A model generated the notes under the pieces. It was not told where the DNA came from and did no database searches. It worked only from the letters and a program-made list of their open reading frames with translations. From contig JBDRJV010000013.1 of NCBI GenBank assembly GCA_043814605.1, positions 34,471 to 98,470 of the forward strand: a stretch of 64,000 bases of DNA, in the 5' to 3' direction. Shown in pieces: positions 9,828 to 17,393 of this stretch. The DNA comes from Candidatus Omnitrophota bacterium. GTDB taxonomy: Bacteria > Omnitrophota > Gorgyraeia > B26-G9. The translations under genes and the position numbers were made by a program. Positions within the stretch are counted from its first letter, which is position 1. Every line of letters starts with the position of its first letter.

Positions 9828-10445
9828 CTATTTTCTTGCCTGAATAACAATAAATCCCCCCTTACCAAATCCCTTGAGTGGTTTTTGCACTTTGGCTACT
9901 TTTACTGGTAAATCAAATATTGTTTGATAATAATTAAAATTACTAAATCCGTAGTTTTGTAATATTTGTTCTATTCCTGGAATATTAAAAAATTTTGCAT
10001 GTTTATAAAATAGGCTTTGTTTGCCTTGATAAAATTTTCCTAAAAAACTATCTTTATCAATAATACCAACAATAATTTGGCCTTTATTTTTTAATATCCG
10101 GTATACTTCTTCTAATACCCTGCCAGGATTCTGCATAAAACAAAGACTAATAATAATTATCGCATAATCAAAAGTTTTATTTTTAAACGGTAGGCTTTCT
10201 GCTTTAGCTACAGATACCCTTACCCCTTTTTGTGCAGCTTTTTTAAGCATTTTAACTGAAAGATCAATCCCTGTTTTTACATTTAAAGCTGCCGCAAATC
10301 TGCCTGTACCTACACCGATTTCTAATCCCTTGCCCTTTTTGGGCAAAACTCTCATGAGGGCTTCCAATTCAGACAGATAGGCAAATTTATTTCTATCATA
10401 CCAAGAATCATATTTTTTATAATGAGTGTCAAAAATATTTTGCAT
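9828..10445 (-). CDS. Class I SAM-dependent methyltransferase
   Basis: LEIGVGTGRF motif I. Confidence 0.75.
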   Translation of the reverse strand: MQNIFDTHYKKYDSWYDRNKFAYLSELEALMRVLPKKGKGLEIGVGTGRFAAALNVKTGIDLSVKMLKKAAQKGVRVSVAKAESLPFKNKTFDYAIIIISLCFMQNPGRVLEEVYRILKNKGQIIVGIIDKDSFLGKFYQGKQSLFYKHAKFFNIPGIEQILQNYGFSNFNYYQTIFDLPVKVAKVQKPLKGFGKGGFIVIQARK

Positions 10446-10449
10446 GTTT

Positions 10450-10815
10450 TTATTCTGCTTCTGGATTAAATTTCTTTTCTAATTTGGTTAAAAGTTTTAC
10501 TATTTGCTTGTTAATTTTATACAATTGGGACAATCCTGATTCTGCCATAGCGTTATTGTTTTCGTTTTTATCGTGAATGATTTGTTTTACCTGCCAATGC
10601 ATTTGGCAATAAATCTTTTCAAGCTCATTTACCTGAGGTAGATGCGCATATTTTTTCATCCCTTCCTGGTATAACCATTTGCTCAAAATATATTTTTCAC
10701 AGGAAACTGCCTGTTCTTCGCTAATATATTCTCCCCCATCAAGAAAGCATCTTAATCTCACGCTCCAAACTACGTGTTCTGTTAATTGATTCATAAAATT
10801 AATTGTTTTAGCCAT
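10450..10815 (-). CDS. Small His/Cys protein, CZB (chemoreceptor zinc-binding)-like
   Basis: H..W..RL...L.....SCEKYILSKWLYQEG....H resembles CZB H-x3-C-x-L-G-x-W pattern; weak. Confidence 0.3.
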   Translation of the reverse strand: MAKTINFMNQLTEHVVWSVRLRCFLDGGEYISEEQAVSCEKYILSKWLYQEGMKKYAHLPQVNELEKIYCQMHWQVKQIIHDKNENNNAMAESGLSQLYKINKQIVKLLTKLEKKFNPEAE

Positions 10816-10848
10816 ATTCCGAAAAAACCCCTGATCAAGCTTAATAAA

Positions 10849-11208
10849 TTATAAGTCCAAGTTTCCCCACCATCCATCATAGAACCTTTTCAGGTACTCG
10901 TAAAATTCTTCATCCATTGTATTTCTCTTTACATCTTTTTCTTTAAACGAATATTTATAACCAGCGCAATAGCTCATCAGAACATCATTTGCCTGAGCTA
11001 TTTTTTTAAACATTTCCTCGCATTCTTTTTTCTTCTCACCTCTACATTTGTCAGGATGATATTTAATGGCAAGTGTTCGATACGCATCTTTTATTTTATT
11101 CAAAGTTGCATATTCATCTAAGTCCAATATTTTTCTCGATGCATCAATTTGCATAAAATTTGCCATTTTATTTCCTGATTTTATATTTGCATTGCAAAAT
11201 TGAATCAA
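10849..11208 (-). CDS. DnaJ (J-domain) protein
   Basis: YRTLAIKYHPDK (HPD motif). Confidence 0.8.
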   Translation of the reverse strand: MIQFCNANIKSGNKMANFMQIDASRKILDLDEYATLNKIKDAYRTLAIKYHPDKCRGEKKKECEEMFKKIAQANDVLMSYCAGYKYSFKEKDVKRNTMDEEFYEYLKRFYDGWWGNLDL

Positions 11209-11213
11209 TTATT

Positions 11214-12116
11214 TTAATTGTGTTTTCTACTTTTACTATGGTGATATAATAAAACAATATCTCCAATGTTTGAATTAACCTTTTTTGCAATCACCGCACA
11301 TTTAGCTATAAACATAAAAAATACCGGCCTTTTACTGTTTGACAATGCTTCAAAATTCCCCTGCCCCTTACTAATTATCATATCAGCATTATTATAAATT
11401 TTTAAAAACTTTTTTGAACACAATCTAAGGACAGTTCCCGGAGCATCACTGCCGCTGGAAATAACCTCAGCAGTTTTATCAATCCCGCAAACAAGTGCAT
11501 CTTTTATTAAAGCATCATTAATCACTGGTTTTTCTTTTACCGCATATATAATTTCTTTAGTCTCATCCCCTCTCTTTATTTCTTCAATCAAAACACGGTC
11601 AAATACTGTTTCTCCTGCATTATCCGCTAAATAGAGAATAGTTTTTGCACGCTGTAACTGATAAGCAAATTTTCTAAAGCCAAAAATATTCTTGTTCTCT
11701 TTTTTAATAATTTGCTCTTCCTCATAAAGCAATTTATCCAGCTCTTTATCTACTTCTAAATGATTTTTTGCGCCATAGTCTATAATATTACCGATTATAG
11801 CTATCTCAACAGCAGTTAATAGTTTGATTTTCGAACATGCCACCTTTTTTTTTAATTTATCATAAATACGCAGCCCCACATCATTGCTCTTTTGTTTTAT
11901 CTGCGCGTACAAATCTGGGGTTCTAGTATTTTTTTTTAAAATTTTATTAACCATGCGGGCTACTTCCGGAGGAGAAACAGATAAAGACAATTTGGGTAAA
12001 GTCCCGGCTAGGGCATCAATAACTTTTTTCTGTTTTTTTTCGTTAAGGCCTGCCATCCGAGCCATTTCAATCGCTTGTCTAAAAAAACAAGGAATACAAT
12101 CTAAATATATTTTCAT
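11214..12116 (-). CDS. DUF89 (ARMT1-like damage-control phosphatase/methyltransferase family)
   Basis: Size and ISKGQGNFEAL motif typical of DUF89. Confidence 0.55.
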   Translation of the reverse strand: MKIYLDCIPCFFRQAIEMARMAGLNEKKQKKVIDALAGTLPKLSLSVSPPEVARMVNKILKKNTRTPDLYAQIKQKSNDVGLRIYDKLKKKVACSKIKLLTAVEIAIIGNIIDYGAKNHLEVDKELDKLLYEEEQIIKKENKNIFGFRKFAYQLQRAKTILYLADNAGETVFDRVLIEEIKRGDETKEIIYAVKEKPVINDALIKDALVCGIDKTAEVISSGSDAPGTVLRLCSKKFLKIYNNADMIISKGQGNFEALSNSKRPVFFMFIAKCAVIAKKVNSNIGDIVLLYHHSKSRKHN

Positions 12117-12159
12117 TTTTATTTCTCATTATAAAAATTAACATCACTATATGAAAATC

Positions 12160-12768
12160 CTATTCTTTAAAAATTGAAAATAGCCTGCGAGGAATTCCTA
12201 TGGCCAAGCTATCCCTTCTAATATTCGCATACTTACGGGAATCATTACAGCCAAAAGAAATATTAATATCATTCTCTAAATAAGTATTGACAGCAATGCC
12301 TCCGCAAATCGACATCATTGAGGACAAAGAAAAATTTAATCTTTTTCCTGTAAGAATATTATATTTTTTTATCAATTCCATAACATCCTCAGGCGGCAAA
12401 TAAGATATGATCATGTCTGGGAAATCATCTGTGTTTAATCCAATACACTCCACGGATTTTTTTAATGCAGAAATTTGCCGAAACATATCTATAAAAACAA
12501 AATTTTTTGTTTTATGTTTGTTATTACATTTTTTTAAAATATTGTTTTTTAAAGTATTTCCCCATCCAAATACATGTTTTGCACCCAGGCAAGATATACT
12601 TTTTCGATTTAACAACACCGGCTCAAACAATGCTTTATGCGTAGCCTCGCAAAATTTAATATTTTTCAATGGTTTAATTCCATTAAGCTTAGGATTTTTC
12701 TTATAGAATTTAACTTTAATCCAATGATTTCTAAGTCTATCTAAAATATTTTGATTAATTTTTACCAT
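12160..12768 (-). CDS. DUF169-like protein
   Basis: ~200 aa Cys-containing protein; DUF169 is a classical neighbour of MinD/Mrp-ferredoxin ATPases; assignment from memory of family. Confidence 0.35.
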   Translation of the reverse strand: MVKINQNILDRLRNHWIKVKFYKKNPKLNGIKPLKNIKFCEATHKALFEPVLLNRKSISCLGAKHVFGWGNTLKNNILKKCNNKHKTKNFVFIDMFRQISALKKSVECIGLNTDDFPDMIISYLPPEDVMELIKKYNILTGKRLNFSLSSMMSICGGIAVNTYLENDINISFGCNDSRKYANIRRDSLAIGIPRRLFSIFKE

Positions 12769-12783
12769 TATGCTATCCTTCCC

Positions 12784-13665
12784 TTAAGTGTTTATTTCTT
12801 GTTTTAACCTTTCCCAAATATCAATAATTGCTTTTTTTACCGGAGAATTATCATATTCAATGATTGTTTTTCCTTCTACCATTGCCTTAACTACTGATTT
12901 ATCAAAACAAATTTTTCCACTTAGTTTAATGTTATTTTCAAAACAAAATTTTTCAATTTTTTCAGACATATTAATATTTAGATCATATTTATTTATTATC
13001 AACCTTACTGGAACATTAAAGTGCTGTGTAACTTCAATCACACGCATTGCATCATGCAAACCAGAAAGAGTTGGTTCAGTTACTACTAAAGCAAGATCTA
13101 TACCGGATAAAGAAGCAATAACCGGACATCCAATACCTGGAGCTCCATCAATAATAACCCAATTATAATTATTTTCTTCTGCCAATTGCTTTGCTCTATT
13201 CCGTACTAAAGATACAAGCTTTCCTGAATTTTCCTCAGCAATACCCAGCTTCGCATGTACCATGGGACCAAAACGAGTATCCGAAATAAACCAATGCCCG
13301 GAAAGGTTTTCTTGCATAATAATCGCTTTTTTAGGACAGATAAAACTGCAAAACCCGCATCCTTCACAATCAATAGGATCAATCATAAAACTCTTTTCTA
13401 TAGATGCATTATTTTTTACAGCAAAAAAACGACAAACATTAAAACAATTTCCACAATTATTGCATAGGCTTGGGTTAATTCGCGCTGTTTTGCCGCTTCT
13501 AAATTCATACTTTTCTTTTATTTGTGGATGAAGTAAAAGATGCAGATCCGCAGCATCTACATCGCAATCTGCAAAACAAGCGTTTTTAGCTAAAGCTGCT
13601 AATGCTCCGGTAAGAATAGTTTTACCTGTTCCGCCTTTGCCACTAATAATAACTATTTGTTTCAT
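12784..13665 (-). CDS. MinD/Mrp/ParA-type P-loop ATPase with two 4Fe-4S ferredoxin motifs
   Basis: GKGGTGKT deviant Walker A; CNNCGNCFNVC and CEGCGFCSFICP ferredoxin motifs. Confidence 0.8.
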   Translation of the reverse strand: MKQIVIISGKGGTGKTILTGALAALAKNACFADCDVDAADLHLLLHPQIKEKYEFRSGKTARINPSLCNNCGNCFNVCRFFAVKNNASIEKSFMIDPIDCEGCGFCSFICPKKAIIMQENLSGHWFISDTRFGPMVHAKLGIAEENSGKLVSLVRNRAKQLAEENNYNWVIIDGAPGIGCPVIASLSGIDLALVVTEPTLSGLHDAMRVIEVTQHFNVPVRLIINKYDLNINMSEKIEKFCFENNIKLSGKICFDKSVVKAMVEGKTIIEYDNSPVKKAIIDIWERLKQEINT

Positions 13666-14514
13666 TTACTTAGTTCTCAAAATTTTTTGAAACATTGTTA
13701 AAAAACTATTTTTATATTCTGGAAATTTTTCTACTATGGAAATGCCCTGAGAATAGCTTTGAGCAATTTCTTTTTTAAAAGGAATCTGCATCAATACTGG
13801 AATTTTTTCTTTTTCGCAGTATGTTTCTGTTGCCTTATCCCCTAGGTCAGAACGATTGATTAAAACCCCAAATGGTATTTTTAATTTTCTTACAACTTCA
13901 ACTGCTAAAATTAAATCGTTTAAGCCAAAAGGAGTAGGTTCGGTTACCAGTAAACAAAAATCACTCCTTCTTAAAGAAGAAACTACCGGGCATGATGTTC
14001 CCGGGGGGACATCAATAATCACTGTTTTCTCTGGATTAATATATTTTTTAACTTGACGGATTAAAGGCGGAGCCATTGCTTCGCCTACATTAAGTTTTCC
14101 GTGGATAAATTCTATGCCCCGACAAACACCTTTTTCTACAATACCAATTTCCTTATTGACTTCGGTGATTGCTTTTTGAGGGCAAAAAAAACTGCAGGCT
14201 CCGCAACCATGACAGAGATTTGTAAAAACCAGAATACTTCCTTTTCTGTTTTCCTTAGCTGGTAACACAGCGAATGCATTATACGCACATACTTGGCGGC
14301 ACCTGCCGCAGTAAATACATTTTTTTTCATCAATTAGCGGCACTGGAATATATGCTTTTTCCTGCTCTTTTATTTCCGGATTTAAAAAGATATGTGCGTT
14401 AGGCTCTTCTACATCACAATCAAGAAATTGCACATTTTGTATCGACAAAGCTAAATTCACTGCAACTGTAGTTTTTCCGGTTCCGCCTTTGCCACTGGCA
14501 ACAGAAATAATCAT
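13666..14514 (-). CDS. MinD/Mrp/ParA-type ATPase with 4Fe-4S ferredoxin motifs (paralog)
   Basis: GKGGTGKT; CIYCGRCRQVC, CHGCGACSFFCP. Confidence 0.8.
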   Translation of the reverse strand: MIISVASGKGGTGKTTVAVNLALSIQNVQFLDCDVEEPNAHIFLNPEIKEQEKAYIPVPLIDEKKCIYCGRCRQVCAYNAFAVLPAKENRKGSILVFTNLCHGCGACSFFCPQKAITEVNKEIGIVEKGVCRGIEFIHGKLNVGEAMAPPLIRQVKKYINPEKTVIIDVPPGTSCPVVSSLRRSDFCLLVTEPTPFGLNDLILAVEVVRKLKIPFGVLINRSDLGDKATETYCEKEKIPVLMQIPFKKEIAQSYSQGISIVEKFPEYKNSFLTMFQKILRTK

Positions 14515-14525
14515 TTAAATTCCTT

Positions 14526-15131
14526 TTAATGTTTATCCGAAATTATTAAATCCTGATTTTCACCTTTAATTTCTCTTACCCAAAAACCCCTGCGCATTAA
14601 ATAATCCCTTAAATCTTTTAATGTAACAAAACTCTTATTATGATTGCGTCCTTCGGCTTTATGTATCTGGTCTAAAATACTAAATCCATTTTTATTAAAG
14701 TCACTTAAAATAATTTTCCCCCCAGGCAAAACTAAACGTATCATTTCCGCAATTGCTTTGTAAGGATTACTTAAATGGTGAATTGTATTGACCGAAAAAA
14801 TCACATCAAAACTTGAATCATTAAAACCTAAGTTTTCTGCATTAGCAATTTTAAAATTTACTTTTTCTTTAACTTTGAAATATTCTAGATTTAATTTGGC
14901 TAATGCCTGGTCCTCTTTAGATATATCTACACTTGTAAAACTATAGCCCTGTTTTGCTAATGCTAAAGTAAAGTGCCCTTTTCCTGTGCCTATTTCTAAA
15001 ATATTTCCCTTGATCGGTAATGAATTATTTAAAATAAATTCTTTTTCTTTATTTCGGTCTATACCGAATTTTTTAAAAACCTCAATTCTTTCTAAAAATA
15101 TTTGATGATTTTCCAAGACTTTTTTTCGCAT
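14526..15131 (-). CDS. Class I SAM-dependent methyltransferase
   Basis: ILEIGTGKGHFTLALA motif I. Confidence 0.75.
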   Translation of the reverse strand: MRKKVLENHQIFLERIEVFKKFGIDRNKEKEFILNNSLPIKGNILEIGTGKGHFTLALAKQGYSFTSVDISKEDQALAKLNLEYFKVKEKVNFKIANAENLGFNDSSFDVIFSVNTIHHLSNPYKAIAEMIRLVLPGGKIILSDFNKNGFSILDQIHKAEGRNHNKSFVTLKDLRDYLMRRGFWVREIKGENQDLIISDKH

Positions 15132-15135
15132 ATTA

Positions 15136-15372
15136 TTAGCCTCTACTCATGGGGATATTACACTTAGGACAATTCATATGCGTACAGGGCAATCCCGATT
15201 GATGTCCAATTTTCATTCCGCAATTAGCACAAACACAAAATCCTCCCGGGCCTCTACCCTGAATTCCCTTCCTTACAAATCTTCCTTGGCCTGCGCCTAA
15301 ACCTCTTCCTGTTCCAGGGCCTTGTCCCTGAGGGCCTGTTCCATCTCCTCTTGGCATATTGCACCTCCTCAA
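15136..15372 (-). CDS. DUF5320-like small Gly-rich protein with C-terminal Cys/His zinc-ribbon (likely starts at internal Met, MPRGDGTGP)
   Basis: MPRGDGTGPQGQGPGTGRGLG N-terminus; CVCANCG...H...C.H.NCPKC tail. Confidence 0.55.
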   Translation of the reverse strand: MRRCNMPRGDGTGPQGQGPGTGRGLGAGQGRFVRKGIQGRGPGGFCVCANCGMKIGHQSGLPCTHMNCPKCNIPMSRG

Positions 15373-15377
15373 TTATA

Positions 15378-15743
15378 TTAACTCATGCCAAAATGAGACG
15401 TTACGTTAGGTTTATCAATTGTTTTAAACTTATTATTTTTATATTGTTCAATAATTTCTTTTATTTTTCCCGAAGCTCCAGTAATAACTCTTATCCCTCC
15501 AGCTTTTAAAGTGTTAAAAGCATTTGGGCCTACATTCCCGGTAATTACAATTTCTGCTAACTTTTCTGATATTAATTGTCCGGATTGGATTCCTGCCCCG
15601 CCCGAACTATCAATATTAGGATTTTTTATTGCTTCAAATTCCAGAGTATCAGGATTAACAATTATAAAATACTGGCAACGACCAAAATGAGGATCAACCT
15701 GTGATTCTAAATTATCTCCTTGAGACGTAATACATATTTTCAT
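15378..15743 (-). CDS. NifX/NifB-type dinitrogenase FeMo-cofactor domain protein
   Basis: MKICITSQGDNLESQVDPHFGRCQYFIIV typical of Nitro_FeMo-Co family. Confidence 0.8.
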   Translation of the reverse strand: MKICITSQGDNLESQVDPHFGRCQYFIIVNPDTLEFEAIKNPNIDSSGGAGIQSGQLISEKLAEIVITGNVGPNAFNTLKAGGIRVITGASGKIKEIIEQYKNNKFKTIDKPNVTSHFGMS

Positions 15744-15754
15744 TTATTTTCCTC

Positions 15755-16156
15755 CTATTCATGTTCACAATCATCTTCGTGGGGATGATCACAAGCTGTT
15801 TTTTCTACTCCATAACCTTTTCCTGCTCCGGGACTACAAAGGCTTTCTCCTCCTTCAAGCTTTCCATTAATAAAAGCCTCAATCACATTATCAACTTTAC
15901 CGCTAATTCCCATTATGGTTTGGATATTAACTTCGGAAAATAATTCTCTTGCTCTCATTCCCATCCCCCCGGCTACTATTGCCTGCACACCTTTCTCATG
16001 CAAAAAACGCGGTAAAAATCCCGGATGATGTCCCGGATTATTTAAAATTTCTGAGCTTATTATTTTATTCTGCTCTATCTCTACAATTGTAAAAGCTGGA
16101 CAGCGACCAAAATGAGCAGATACTAAATCTCCATCTGTAGAAATTGCAATTTTCAA
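15755..16156 (-). CDS. NifX/NifB-type FeMo-cofactor domain protein with C-terminal CDHPHEDDCEHE tail (TTG start)
   Basis: MKIAISTDGDLVSAHFGRCPAFTIV; His/Cys/acidic C-terminus. Confidence 0.8.
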   Translation of the reverse strand: MKIAISTDGDLVSAHFGRCPAFTIVEIEQNKIISSEILNNPGHHPGFLPRFLHEKGVQAIVAGGMGMRARELFSEVNIQTIMGISGKVDNVIEAFINGKLEGGESLCSPGAGKGYGVEKTACDHPHEDDCEHE

Positions 16157-16204
16157 AATTAACCTCCTTTAATGATCTCGCCTTGGCGGGAGAATTAAAC
16201 CCCG

Positions 16205-16237
16205 AATCGAACTTGTTCTGGTTCGGGGTTAATCCAA
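16205..16237 (-). promoter_or_regulatory. Intercistronic GC stem-loop (aaccccgaa...ttcggggtt)
   Basis: 9-bp perfect stem between DUF5320-like gene and NifX-like gene; no T-run, so probably processing/attenuation rather than terminator. Confidence 0.35.
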
Positions 16238-16246
16238 ATCTCTTCA

Positions 16247-16600
16247 CTATTTAGTTTCTTCCTCTTCTTTTACTGCATTAAGTTCTTTTATCCGCTGATT
16301 TATAGCTTGTATTTCATCTTGCATAAATTTTACCTGTTCTTTTAAAAATTCAGTTTCGGTTCTAGGTGTAATCCCAAAATCATTTACTCCATAAGCATAT
16401 GAAGCCATTCTCCGCCAGCCAAATCCCTGTCCTCTACCATATCCTCTACCAAACCCCCGTCCATAACCAAAACTACCACGTCCAGGCGCTGAATTCATAT
16501 AGCCTGATACAGGATAACCAGCACAATAACCTCTTCCGCCACCTGTAAATGGACCTTGCCCTCTTGGCCCAGTTCCGTCAAAACCTGGCATATCAATCAC
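16247..16600 (-). CDS. DUF5320-like protein (MPGFDGTGPRGQGPFTGGGRGYCAGY...) with C-terminal coiled coil
   Basis: N-terminal motif; Gly/Tyr/Arg-rich middle; EIQAINQRIKELNAVKEEEE. Confidence 0.55.
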   Translation of the reverse strand: MIDMPGFDGTGPRGQGPFTGGGRGYCAGYPVSGYMNSAPGRGSFGYGRGFGRGYGRGQGFGWRRMASYAYGVNDFGITPRTETEFLKEQVKFMQDEIQAINQRIKELNAVKEEEETK

Positions 16601-16624
16601 CTCCTAAATGAGTCCCGCCGTATT

Positions 16625-16662
16625 CTTGCAGAATGCAAGAGTCGGGACGAATTTAGTCTTGC
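16625..16662 (-). promoter_or_regulatory. 5'-UTR hairpin directly upstream of RBS of 16247..16600
   Basis: gtcccg-ccgta-ttcttgca-gaa-tgcaagag-t-cgggac imperfect long hairpin. Confidence 0.35.
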
Positions 16663-16714
16663 CAATGCACACTCCCTTGAATGGACTTGGCAGACAAATA
16701 TTTTAAATCTTTTT

Positions 16715-16741
16715 TATTAATGAAAACCATTTTCATTAATA
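16715..16741. promoter_or_regulatory. Fur-family-box-like perfect palindrome TATTAATGAAAA-cca-TTTTCATTAATA
   Basis: 12-bp inverted repeat, 3-bp spacer, AT-rich (operator-like, not terminator-like), between Fur-family gene and the downstream 14-gene operon. Confidence 0.5.
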
Positions 16742-16753
16742 GGTTAAAAAAAT

Positions 16754-17227
16754 TTAGCTTTTTTTTCTGCATTTATCACATATTCCATAAAATTGAATTA
16801 TGTGACTTGTGATTTCAAAGTTGTATTTATTAGACAATCCCTTCTCAGTTTTTTTCAGTAATTCTATTTCGTCATTTATAAAATCAGTATACTCAATTAT
16901 ACGATTACATTCTTTACATACCAGATGATGGTGATGATGACTTTTCTTTGATCCCTCAACAAGTTCATACCTTGATCTTCCGTCTCCAAAATCAAACTTA
17001 AAAACAAGACTCATGTTAACCAGTATTTCTAGTGTCCTATAAACAGTTGTCAGTCCAACCGCCGGGTAAATTGGATGAATTTTATTATAAATATCTTCTG
17101 CGCTGAGATGTTTATCTGCGATCATTAACGCATCTAAGATAGCCTCTCTGCCTGCTGTAATTCGATAACCGCAGCCTCTGAATCTCCCATGCCACCACAT
17201 TGGGCCTGTTCCATCTCGTCTTGGCAT
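16754..17227 (-). CDS. Fur-family metalloregulator with N-terminal MPRRDGTGP (DUF5320-like) extension
   Basis: ILDALMIADKHLSAEDIYNKI...VGLTTVYRTLEIL wHTH; HHHHH; CKECNRII...CDKCR. Confidence 0.8.
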   Translation of the reverse strand: MPRRDGTGPMWWHGRFRGCGYRITAGREAILDALMIADKHLSAEDIYNKIHPIYPAVGLTTVYRTLEILVNMSLVFKFDFGDGRSRYELVEGSKKSHHHHHLVCKECNRIIEYTDFINDEIELLKKTEKGLSNKYNFEITSHIIQFYGICDKCRKKS

Positions 17228-17393
17228 ATCAAAACTCCTTATTGAAAACTATTCCCATTTATAAATATACCTTATCTTAAAAACTTTGTCAAGTTTTTTT
17301 ACTTATTTTAGTGATATTAGAGGTTAAAAATTATGGATTGTTATAACTTTAAGATATTACTCTTCGCCATCTTAAGTGATATAAAGCGTAATA

